Source: Lytechinus pictus (taxonomy: Eukaryota). From it: 64,000 bases of DNA. A model generated the notes under the pieces. The model did not search any database, was not told the origin of the DNA, and saw nothing but the letters and a program-made list of their open reading frames with translations. The stretch is taken from positions 49,167,358-49,231,357 of the forward strand of contig NC_087251.1 of the NCBI RefSeq assembly GCF_037042905.1, in the 5' to 3' direction. The translations under genes were made by a program, and so were the position numbers. Positions 12,932-25,700 of this stretch are shown here, one piece after another (positions within the stretch are counted from its first letter, which is position 1; the number at the start of each line of letters is the position of its first letter).

Positions 12932-13299
12932 CACTCGATCCTAAAGGAAAGGTGAAAAATTAGTATTTCCATTGGATTTGCCATTATCAATACTACAAAA
13001 ACCCGCTAGTTAAAAAAAATATGGTACATTCACAAAATACGAGACTTTGAACTTCCCTTTTATTGCTACATCAAAATTATGGTAGAAACCAAAAGTAGGT
13101 TATTTGGAGCATTTTCTTCTCTTTAATTTGATACCAAAATTATCAAATTTGGATAACGGGATAATATGTCAGAAATGCCTTGAATTTTGATTTTTCCCTA
13201 AAAACCATGACCAGTTATGGCTGTGTGAATGTGGTGAAAAGGGGGAAATTTTTACATCTATGTGCAGTCACCCTAGTACCAGTACCAGTAGTAGATCTA

Positions 13300-16200
13300 C
13301 CGCCTTATTCTTTTTCTTCTTCCGTTAGCTTCGACTTCGGAGATCAGCAGATAAATAGAGGTCATCTAGTCTTCTAGATCTATTTGACTTTGAGTATTGA
13401 CCTTGATCTAACGTTAACAAGTTAGTCTCTCTCTCTCTCAGTCTCATTTCATAAATGACAGAATTCAGTTCCTCCGCTGTTTGGAGACCGGCAGGTAGAC
13501 TCAGTAATCACAGTGGCTCACAGTCAGTCACACATGATAATAAATAAGTTGCGTCAAGAGAATTCGAGAAGACAGATTGAAAAACTTGAAGATTTCTATG
13601 ACTGAGATTTCAGGTTTAAGAGATAGGAAGAGGACATGCAATTTAAAGATGAAATGTAAAGTGGCAGAGTAGGAGCTGCTCAGGCTCAGTCGGAGTAGAC
13701 ATCTGGCAGCAGTCTGTTTTTGAAGAGTTTTTTTAACATTTTAAGTTAACATTTTTTTTATTTCTCCTCATACACAGACGGCTCGCTATCGTGCAGCCAC
13801 CATTTAGGGGGATAAAAATTATTATTTTACAAATACTACAATTTATTACGTAATCATAAATAATTTTTAGTATAATACCAATTATTTATAATTACGTAAT
13901 AAATTTTAGTATTTGTAAAATAATTTTTATCTATAAATTGTTCTTCAAGACGGCATTGCTAACCAGAAGTACGTCATACATAAGCGGTTCAAGGATCGAC
14001 GCTATTGTATTTCCGTTGTTTACATGTGGATCGAGGGGTCTACGCGGCATCAGTTGGGTAAGAAACCTTTATTTCTTTACATTTTTATTAAAAAAATTTT
14101 TAAACCTTCCTACGCATAAGGCGTAGGAAGGTGTAGAAATTAATAAAATAAACGTATATTTCACGCGATTCTGTTATAAAAAGATGGATTTCCTAGGGAA
14201 ATCCATCTTTGTTTACTTCGTTCTCTTACATGTCTATGAAGGCCTGTTCAAGACGTCATTGATGAAGAAGTATATGACAGGATTTTAAAAGACATCACCA
14301 TTGCGTCCTCAAGACTAATCAAAACATAGTTATCTTCGATCCATTCATTGGTCAACGTAAGTTGCCATCTTGGATGACGTCATCATCCTTACAGTTACAG
14401 ACGTATTTACCAGTCGCTATAAATCATATCGCGATTTGTGCCGCTGCTTTGCGCTTGTAGTTGTAGATCATGTGCATGCATTCCGAACTTGTCCCTCGCA
14501 TTGATCGGAAAGCCTTGATAAAAGCACAACTCGTTGAACGTAGAGGGCTGCAACACACGGCTGCCATTTTTTCCTCTCCGGCAGAAAACTTCAAAAAATA
14601 AGGAATAAATCATCGGTAACGTATATTTTCGATATTTTCTTGCAATATGTATAGTTTCAAAAGAAAGATGTCTGGAGAAAAAAATTATTTTTCTTATTTC
14701 AAGAAAATATCACATTTTCTTTGTGAATTTGAAGAGAAATGACGTTCAGACTGACAGAAATGTAACATTTTTGAAAAAAAATCCAATTATTGGCTGCAAA
14801 AAAGAAGAATGAAATTAGGTCAATTTTCAGCATTTCTCTGCCATAGACTGTGTAGTTAAGAAATGGACACACACAAATCCAAATTTTTAGCTTCCGAGAG
14901 CTGTTATAAATGTATTATTAATGCCAAAAACTTGTCCATAAAGAGTCCAATAGGATTGTTTATGCTCTATCTGATGGTATGGTTTTTATAAAGATTTGGA
15001 AACCAGATCACAATGAAAAATTGCGACAAAGTGAAAAAAATTGTGCAAAACAGAAATGTCATTTTCCCATAGAAAACGCATGGAGAAATGGCAATCTCAA
15101 CACACACAAAAATAAGGGTTTGCAATTTATCTCTAAATCCTTATTTAGAATGATCATATAAACTTGTCCTTACTGTCAAAAGAAGCCCCTGAATTTTCTC
15201 TTTCCATACATGCCAAACACAAGTTAATAATCAATTCAGATCACATTTTTCTAGTAGCCTGAACTTTCCCGAAAAAAGGGGCCATATTTTCCCCTAAATC
15301 AGCCTGTTTTATGCTGACACTTTTCAGTGTGGCTTCAGACACCCTAGTAAATTAGAGTCTAACGAAAAAAGTGGGCCTTCGTTCAAGAATGTCATTTAGC
15401 AGTTTAGAATTTTAACAAAATCTAAAAAAAAAAAAAAATCTAGACTGTAGACATAACCGGGTCGCCCGAATTGGGAGAAATGATTACACATGAATGCTCG
15501 CATACTACCGTGGGCGTGGTGAGTGGGGATGATCTTAAAATGTCAGAAATTGTTAAATAAATCCCCAGAAACGACGGTTATTACCGATACTGTCTAATCC
15601 AAACTTTGTGTCTAATTTACTAATCATAAAACATATTATTAATTGATATCAATTATCAGATAAGATATGGCCATTGCCATTGTCATCATCATTCATGGTC
15701 ATTCATTGATCGAGTCCCTGTACATACAGCTGGGACCTACAGAACTTCGTCTTCAGTTCTGTCTCTATAATTGGTGAGTGGAGCCAACGGAGTTCAGCGG
15801 AACAACCAACATAACATTAACAGAGATCGAAGCTTTTGGTCTAACTCTAACTTTTTAAGCTAGTACTAGTAGTAGGCCTAGAGGGACGACGCGACGCGAC
15901 GTTCGGTCCCTCTCCTGCAGCTTCACGGACCACCACCCCACCGGAGCGAACCCGGTCGCCGCTGCGCCGGAGACCCCAGCCCCAAGACGTCGAAGAGAGA
16001 GAGAGCCTGGCTCGCGTTCGCTCATATGTCAGAAAACTTGAGAAAAGCCTCAGCAATTATACTCAAACTCTGAAAAAACTGTCAAAAGAAGATTAGTAAC
16101 AATCATAACAATCAGGACTAGTCTATCGGTATCTTTTCTCACCTCTCTTTATCAAGAAACCGTCTGTATGTTGCAAATAAAATACACCCTGTCTCTGTCG

Positions 16201-16613
16201 AAAAAAATACTTTTTGAGCAATCCGCGAAAATTTTGTTGCCAATTTGTAAAAATTAAGATCATTTTTTTTAAATAATTTCAATTTTAAGTAATTACATCT
16301 TATAAATTAACAATATTTAAATTAAAATATTTATCAATTGATTAAAAATTAAAATGATTAATATTTATCAAAAACTAAGTTCCTCAATTATTAAAAATAC
16401 AATGATCACCAATACCGTAGGAAGTTAAGTTAGAGCAGAGCTGAATTAGCTACCGGCGCGGCCGTATGTGCTGACCATCAGCAAGCACCTGTTGCCAGTA
16501 TATTTGAGTTGCCAATATATTTTTGTTTCTGTTGCTCTTCAACATTTTAAGGAAAAAAAGAGAGTTCAACATCATTCCTGGTTAAGTGGGAGGGGTTAAG
16601 AGTTCCAGCAATC
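13300..16613. promoter_or_regulatory. Probable divergent promoter and 5' UTR region of ETAA1-like and CDIN1; start sites unresolved
   Basis: CpG-rich patches (14430-14585, 15880-16020, 16450-16470); YY1-like AAAATGGCAGCC on the minus strand near 14560; plus-strand GTGAGT donors at 15519 and 15774; minus-strand donor at about 16142. Confidence 0.4.
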
Positions 16614-16714
16614 ATGAGACTAGCAGACTACAACGAGTTGTTGGAGAGTTTAACAAGTGATGATTGTGATGGCACAACTGCATCTCTGCTCTGTATTCAA
16701 GAAAAATTTCCCAA
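16614..16714 (+). CDS. CDIN1: CDIN1 coding exon 1 ([33 protein letters not shown])
   Basis: ATG at 16614 and donor gtatga at 16715. A pyrimidine-rich acceptor ending at 16551 suggests an upstream non-coding exon. Confidence 0.85.
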
Positions 16715-19700
16715 GTATGAAACTATGATGACATTCAATTGGTCACATGATTGATAAAATGTGGATCTGCTAGTGATAGGTCATTAACTTTGGCACATTG
16801 CATTGACTTTAATGTCTGTCATATATGTATCAAAGTAGAAGCATAAAAAATGGAAGTAAGACTAAGATTTCGATGACGATGGTGGTGATTTTTTTCTGCC
16901 AATGACCGATATTTCATGTATTTCTAATTCTGATCTGCTCCAATAACGTTACAATTGACAACAAGTAGCAGACAATACAAAACATGCACAGTAATTGCAT
17001 ACAATGTTTTCTGTCCATGCCCATGAAGGACTAAGAACTAACGTAACAGATAATTTTGTTCTTGTTACTCCCAAACGGCAATGTAAAAATTTTTCCTAAA
17101 CGTTACCTTATAAAATCCAACAGAGTTTGCCATTCACAACGCAGTAACTAAATAATCTATTTAATTTTTTAGCGAGGCAGCATAGCTCAGCCCTGTTCCG
17201 GATAAGATCGTAGATCTCAACGTACGTGGGGTTGAGTCCTGCAGCATGCCGGAAGACGTCTTAACAAAAAAACTAACAAAAAAACACCGCAGTGCGGGTG
17301 TGAATGCAGTTGGAAAACACTCCGTCCATCGGAAAGGATGCAAATGTTGGTCCCGTATATAGGAGAGTCACAACCTATGCATGTTAAAACCAATACACTG
17401 TATTTGTCAAAGAGTAGAGTGTTATTCACCCAGTGTATTGCACCTGCCGGTACTACAATACTGCAAGAATCTTCAGGATTGAAGGAGGCAGTCAGTGTAG
17501 CTTGAAGAACTTGAAGACAACTTTTTGTGCGTGGTATTTTGGGAGAAATGGCTTCTCCAAACAGAAAATGGTTGGCAAATATTTGTTCACAGCTCAATGT
17601 AGTTGATAATAATAATTATACTTGCTTATATAGCGCTTAATACTTACTTTGTAAGAAGTCTCTAAGTGCTCTACAGTATATGCAGCATAATTACCCTGGC
17701 TTTAGCAGTGCAGCTGTTACGCGCGCTGCGTTTCAAGGAATAAATTCCTGCCAGGTACCCATTTACCTCACCTGGGTTAAGTGCAGCACATTGTGGATCA
17801 ATTTCTTGCTGAAGGAAATTACGCCATGGTTGGGATTCGAACCCACAACCCTCTGTTTCAAAGTCCAGAGACTAATCCACTGGGCCACAACGCTCCACAT
17901 ACATAAGTCATAGGCCTATCTGTATTTTCAATAGGTATTATAACTTCTGTGATCAAAACTGCCAGCTGCCAGTGAATTTTTATATGTTCTGTGTGGAATG
18001 TCTGAATACTTGGTAAACTTGACCTTGAATAAATTTGAGATGTAGTCTTTCTGCATTGTGTAAAGTACTATAGGCCTATGTCAAAGTTTAATTTGCTAAC
18101 TTTCATCCTCTTACAGTGTTTCTCATTCGACGTTGGTCAGCATCTACTCACAGCATTGTCAGGTAAACATCTGCATAGTATGCATAAAGGGTGATATCCC
18201 AATATAGCTTTGATTTTTACTTTGATAATTTAGGATTCTTTGCTCCCTATAGATTTTTACTTTATTAAAGAATGCTTTTTTAGAAAAAATTTAATCATCC
18301 AAATGTCTTTGATATATATTCACTATGTACTGTACATGTTATACATTCATCATAGGCTTCGTAGCCCAAAAGTATTAGTCTCTTTACCATCGATCAGTTC
18401 ATTCTGAGGTTTTGGACACACATTAAATGGGCATATTTTGTCTCTCCTTTCAAAAATTCAATGCCTAATACTGGATACTTATTTAAATCTGGTATTTTTT
18501 TAAGAATAAATAATTGTCCTTTTATATTACTGTAGAGTGGCCAAATGTTCAATGATACACCTCACATAACCATTCGTAAAACAAGCAAACTCAAATCATA
18601 TCAAACAGCCAGAAGCACCAAATAAGAAGAACCTAAAATATAATGAAGCTGAACTAAACTCAAAATAAAGATGTTGACAAAATGAAGTCCAGTGATGCTC
18701 TAATTTATTGGTCTGCAATCTAGACCTCACAAGGCATTGCCTTCACAAATTATATATTCAAATGTATTCAAAACATAGTGTCACATGATAAATTCAACCA
18801 ATAGAGAAAGAAAGAATGGAAGAACCCAGAAAAGTGGAAGAACCAAGGGTGAAAGGTGAACCAATGAGAATGAGATAGGATGATATGAATGAGGAACAAT
18901 GTTCTGAATGTAAATGAGAAAATGACAATAGAAACATGTGGAGATGCATGGAGTTGGAATGGCAATGGAATGATGTGATGTAGAAACTAAGGAATGAGAG
19001 AAACAGGTGTGTGACAATGGTATGGAAATAGAAAGTGAAGAGAAGTATGGAAAGCAAATGGTGAAATAAACAATAAGATTAAATAAGGCAAAATTCAACT
19101 CTTACATAAGCTTCCTTCTTCACTAAAAATGTCCTCATTTTTATAAGTTTCAAATTGATACCAAAAAAAAAAATCGTCAAAAGTAATTTTCTGAAAACTT
19201 TTGGATTTACAAAATGAGGATGAGTACTTTCTTTGAGGAAGGAAATCTATACATTATTTTTGTACATATAAATATCTGCATTTTTAGTTGTTGCATCTGT
19301 CAGTAGAACAGTTAAAACTGGTTATCAATGATGATTAACCAAAATCAGAATATCTAGAATTAAACATTCAAATCAGGGCCTTTTTTTTTTTGCCTCTTAC
19401 AAATAAAAACAATATTCTTATCAATTCGAAGTGAATAAAAGAACTTACAATAGATGCTGTTCTTCTGCCATTTGCAATATAAGTTCATGAACATTCAAAT
19501 AATCCGTTTGTCTTTCATGTCAATAAATATATACATGGCATCAGATTTGTTTTGTCACTTTTCAATATACATGTTGCCGACAGAAAGAAATATAACAACT
19601 TTTAAAAATGGATTTTGATACAAATTTAAGTTTGTGTCCATTTGAACTGACACATGGAAATCTTTTTTTTTCTTCTTCTTTCAGTTGTTAAAATAAATTC

Positions 19701-22700
19701 TGTAACAAATTTGGAACTAAGTGCATTTTGGTAAACATGGAAAAAAAATTGTATTCCATTTGAATAAGGGAAAGTATAATATATTTCTCTCCGTGCAAAC
19801 AGAATATTGTTTGATGATACTAGATTGTCTTGCAGAAATTAGTCTTTTCTCTTTTATTTCCAAGGTATAACAAAATTTAGTTTGTATTTCCAAAAAGATT
19901 TTCCCTTTTGAATTTCTGTAATGAAAACAGCATTGCTCTTTAAAAGCAAGTAGGAAAATACAGAAAAATAAAAATTTTGAACAAATTGTCCCTAATCAAA
20001 ATTAGAGAACGGAACAGGGAGAAAACACAATTATTTTGCAAAAACAACCTTTACAATTTTTCCCTGATATGTCCATATTTTTTTATTGTATTGGACAAAA
20101 CATCACATAAATACTTTAAACGCTGATGGTAACATTTCAACATATAAGTCTTTTCTTTAGATTTGGAAGAAATATCGATTTCCTTTGGGTTTTTTTTTTT
20201 TTTGGGGGGGGGGCTGATAATAATAATAAAATATGAATAAAGATAACTAAACTGTTTTTTTTTGTAACAGTTCATTTTGGTTTGAATTACAAGATGGCCA
20301 AAAATAGTTTACATCTTGCATTAAATTTTTTTTCTTTATTTTCTTTTTATCATTATTATTTTTTTTTTTTGGGGGGGGAGTGGTTGTTAAAAAAATAATC
20401 TGATCATAGGAAAAATTATTTGGTTGAAGCAACTATTAAACTAACAATTTTTACTATAAAACATAATTCCTTTTGAATTTGGAATACTTATACATCCACT
20501 TTCCATATTTCTTTTTAGATATAAAAACAATTCCAGTTTTTTTAAGTATAACTTTTGGAAAAGTTAAAAAAGTTGAAAAATACATACTTATCAAATATTT
20601 GAAAATGTGAAACATTTCAGTCAAAACTTTTTCTTGTTTTAAATCTTTTGAATTTTATTTGTTTTAAATCAGTATTATGTAATATTGTTGCTTTTCCAGT
20701 TTTCACTTTTGATTTGTTTAGTCTGCTAAAAGTTATTAAAATAGTATTTTATCACATAAGAAAATAATTTGGACTATTTTCTTTCTTTTCACAAAAAAAA
20801 ATCATTCTGACTTTTGGTCTTAAAATGTGAGACTGAAAAGTTTCAATATTTTCTTACAAAACATTGCCATCTTCTTTTTTCTCGTCTAGTCTTCTGCCCA
20901 TCATTTGAGAATATAGTGATTGGTAGTTGACATCTGTGGCCATACTCCATGTGTCAGTTCAAATGGACACAAACTTAAATTTGTATCAAAATCCATTTTT
21001 AAAAGTTGTTATATTTCTTTCTGTCGGCAACATGTATATTGAAAAGTGACAAAACAAATCTGATGCCATGTATATATTTATTGACATGAAAGACAAACGG
21101 ATTATTTGAATGTTCATGAACTTATATTGCAAATGGCAGAAGAACAGCATCTATTGTAAGTTCTTTTATTCACTTCGAATTGATAAGAATATTGTTTTTA
21201 TTTGTAAGAGGCAAAAAAAAAAAAGGCCCTGATTTGAATGTTTAATTCTAGATATTCTGATTTTGGTTTATCATCATTGATAAAACTTTAATAAATATAC
21301 AGTGATTAAAATTGAAATAGTTTTGAGCATTAAGGTATACAAATGAAACATTTCAAAAATTTAGTTTGTCATAATCTCCTTTAGTTTTACGATTTCATAT
21401 ATTGCACTTAGTTCACATTATTCATTAAGGTATACAAATGAAACATTTCAAAAATTTAGTTTGTCATAATCTCCTTTAGTTTTACGATTTCATATATTGC
21501 ACTTTATAATCATATCTTGAGAAATCATTTTTATATTTTTCAACAAATTTAAAATCTGTGACAAAATTTAATGAAAATTGTTAGTGTTCTCACATCAGGG
21601 AAATAAATTGTCCAAAAGTTCCAAATAAAGTTTGAGTTTGAGAGAAGAATGTAGAAGAATGGAGACATCAAGTTCAAGTCGTTGAATATCGGACCTTCTT
21701 AGGGGGCGAAAAGTTTTCACTGTATGCATGAAGACCAGGGGAACAGCATCATCCACTCATGGGCTGGAGCAACTGAAGAGCAAAAGGTGGCGGCTGGCTT
21801 CGAAGATCAAAGCAGAGCGTCATCAACTCTAGATGCGTAGGCGACAGAGTAACAGGCGAGAGGCTGGAAGGTGTCATGCATCGAACGAAGATAAAGGGAC
21901 AAAGCAACATGAAGACCAAAAGGCAGCATCATTCACTCGACGAAGAGAAGCAAGGCGAGAGGCTGGAAGGCATCATGAGGCAAAGGTGGGAGACTGTTGA
22001 GCCGAAGAGACTGAATGAAGAAAATAGGCAGCGACATCATCCACTCCATGTAGTCAGGCAATGGTTGTAGTTAAAGGCAAGAGGCTGACTCGCAGGCAGA
22101 ACTTTCATCTACTCACGTTGAGAAAAAGGCGAAGGTTGGCTGGTAATCAGGCAGAACGTTCATCCACTCACGAAGAGCAATAGGCAAAGATCCGAGCTGG
22201 TATTCAGGCAAGGCTTTCACCCACTCACGTATAGAGCTAAAGGCGAAGACTGGCTGGTAGTAGCATCATCCTACTAGACAAGCCACATCATTGACGTTGA
22301 AGTTACAGGCGAGCTGCTGGCTAGCATCAATCAGGCAAGAGGTAACGGCTGAACAGAAGTGTGAAGGGCTAAATGTTTCTCCAACAGGAACATGATGACG
22401 ATAAAGTTGACGAACTATGATTGAAAGTTTGTGGCGAACAGATAAGCGAGGCACGAGGTTCGAAACACCGCTGCTACCAGTTGTAGGGTGGCCAAATGTT
22501 CAATGATACACCTCACATAACCATTCGTAAAACAAGCAAACTCAAATCATATCAAACAGCCAGAAGCACCAAATAAGAAGAACCTAAAATATAATGAAGC
22601 TGAACTAAACTCAAAATAAAGATGTTGACAAAATGAAGTCCAGTGATGCTCTAATTTATTGGTCTGCAATCTAGACCTCACAAGGCATTGCCTTCACAAA

Positions 22701-25700
22701 TTATATATTCAAATGTATTCAAAACATAGTGTCACATGATAAATTCAACCAATAGAGAAAGAAAGAATGGAAGAACCCAGAAAAGTGGAAGAACCAAGGG
22801 TGAAAGGTGAACCAATGAGAATGAGATAGGATGATATGAATGAGGAACAATGTTCTGAATGTAAATGAGAAAATGACAATAGAAACATGTGGAGATGCAT
22901 GGAGTTGGAATGGCAATGGAATGATGTGATGTAGAAACTAAGGAATGAGAGAAACAGGTGTGTGACAATGGTATGGAAATAGAAAGTGAAGAGAAGTATG
23001 GAAAGCAAATGGTGAAATAAACAATAAGATTAAATAAGGCAAAATTCAACTCTTACATTACTATTAGTACATGTACTTTGGGTGAGTCTTAAAAACAAGT
23101 TTATGGTCTTGTTGAAATAAATATTTGATAAAAATTGGCTGACTTATACAAGAAAATATTATAATGAGTCTATCACCTCTTTCAGCTTCTATGAGTTCAA
23201 ATGTAAAAAATTAAAGTGCATCATTTTCTATGGAGTTTGAAACAAGGCCAGTATGTGACAGTTGTTCAAAAAAGGCTTTATATGGATGATGCCTAATGAT
23301 TATGATTTTTCTCTTTTTTTTTATAGATGATCACGAGACAGACATACCATCATCACAACAATCCTGATATGATCTCCTATTATGTACAGTTGTAAGTATT
23401 CAATCATATAAAGTAATACATTAATATATATTAAGTTTTGTAAATAATTATTGGAACACTTTCTTACTAAGATCCAATCAATGGTCTAATAATTATTTCA
23501 CAAGCTGTATTCATAAAAGCAGAATAATATTATTATCATTATCTGTGAGTGAATATGAAACATTCTGTTATTTTATTAGGGGAGGATGAAACCAGTCTGT
23601 TTATTTGCAGCAAGGGACCGATATATATTCACTCATGTAAAAATTAATACAGTATAGGTGAAGTCATCATCTATGAGGCATTATTTGTTGTCGGACAAGA
23701 TGTCAGATCTGACAACTTTCCTTTGTTTTGATTGGCTGAGAAGCAAATGTGTCTGAATATTGCTCTCGTAACTGTCAGATAATAGCAACTTCATAACATG
23801 GTTCCCAGTTGTCTGATGGTTACTATGGCAACTGTTAGATAATGACAACTTGTCAGTGCTGACAACTGTCAGGGAAATGGTTGCAAGATTAAATCCTGCA
23901 CTTAACAATGTATCACAGAAAAGTCAATGCTCTGACTCTCCCAAGGCACCCTTTTCACAAAACTGGTAAAATTATGAGTGCAATGTTCCAGCGCACCGTC
24001 TGATGCTACCCAATCTTATGGTTGATGCCCTCCCATTTAGTCAAAGGCAACCCAACAATTATTGATTATTATTATGCATTTCACCCATCACTTATAGATT
24101 GAAGTAGACCACCAGCTTCAAAAAGTAACTTCTCTTTAAAATGATAATAATTGGCTTTTATATAGGACGATAATAATCTACGACTGCTCAAAGCGCTTCA
24201 CAATTATTATTACCTGTTCACTGGATTCATAGCTTTTCTAGCAGCCTGTTATACCTTGGTCACATTTGTTCTACGGCGGCCGTACGGCGAGTCGAGAACA
24301 GCCGTTTTAACATTTTTTTGTCCAACTATATATAGGTGGTTTGACTTAAAATTAATAAAACGGCTGTTTTCGACTAGCCGTACGGCCGCCGTAGAGCAAA
24401 TATGACCAAGGTATTAGGCACACACTTGTTAAACCAACCACAATGACAGTGTTTCCTACTGCCCGATATCCAGTTAGCAACTGGGTAAATGTGGCATATT
24501 GTGGATTGACTCCTTGCCAAAGGACGCTAGGCCCTGATGGGATTCGAAAACACGACCCTCTGATTACAAGGCAAGAGTCAGAACCGCTACTCAATCCTAA
24601 TCAAGGTACCTTTGGGATGTTATGGCTTAATTTCAAATTATGATTTACTTTCAAATTTTGAATTCGATTGTCACTTATTTATCATTTCACTTACGGGGAT
24701 TACATTTTTACAGTTTGTTTCCCCATCGCCATGTACACAGAGTATGGTGGTATTGAAACTCTATTTATGCATAAAGTAGTATTGAAAATACGCTCTATAA
24801 TCTTTGCATTCATTCTTCCTGGAATCGTAAATCTATCTTTGTATTATTCTAGGTATCAAACCTTGATTAAACAGAATGAAAGTTCTCCTGTTCTCATACA
24901 GATTGCCAAGGAGGTAAGACGTTTGACTTCAATACTAATTTTTGTCAATAAAGCAATCCCCTCGTTGCATTAAATAATAGTAGAGCCACAGGTACACTAC
25001 ATGGTATTTTACAGGACTGTATAACATGATGGCTCAGAATGAAAATAGCAGCTGTTATTTCTGGCAGGCTTTAAATTTTTACTTATAGCAGGCCTTAAAT
25101 TAGAACAAGGCCACTTCTCTCTCAGGCACATTTCTATAATACAGCACCAATGAAGCAAAGACTAAAAGGGCACAGAAAATATCCAAGGCCATCATTGAGA
25201 GGGAGGTCTATCAATAGGGCATCAAAGGTCATGGCCATGGTTGCCTTGGATTCATTTTATGTTATTTTGTCACTTTCATGTTGCCTTTTGCTGATGGTTA
25301 TAAATGTACATCCTTTTTTTTTCTTCAGGCCAATATGCCTCCAGCTGTTATAGCAAGATTCGTTGTGGAAGGTCTCCATGACAAACTCTCAAATCAGGAA
25401 GGTATGTAATGTGCACCATCTCGACATTAGCAGGTTTAACTTAGACAATGGTATTTATAAGTTAGTCTTAAAATTCTGAAAATGACAAGATTGTTTTTAC
25501 ATTATAAGCTTCTTATAATACTTGAGTTCTTTTTTGATTTATAAAAAAAAACAATTTTTGTTTTAATTCTGACACATTTTAGAATAATTTGAGTGCCATA
25601 TAGAATGGTAAATTAAATTAATTCTCTACTCTTAGGCCCGTATTTTGAAGTCAGGTTAACTTAGACCACGGTCTAACTCTGTGCTAAAATTGTGGGGAGG

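Noticed and set aside
15847..16056. GC-rich minus-strand ORF as ETAA1 first coding exon
   Set aside because: No suitable donor joins it in frame to 3588, and there is no recognisable similarity.
17820..17896. tRNA-like sequence (also near 49620-49690 and 61150-61221)
   Set aside because: It is the head of a SINE, continuous with the SINE core and tail.
18768..19098. Identical ORFs repeated at 22719-23049
   Set aside because: They lie inside the two LTR copies and have no protein motif, so this is not a gene duplication.
18531..19106. Retrozyme hypothesis (non-coding LTR element with tRNA-Met PBS and 4-bp TSD)
   Set aside because: I found no hammerhead core (CTGATGA..GAAA) on either LTR strand by eye; an Infernal search would be needed to exclude variants.
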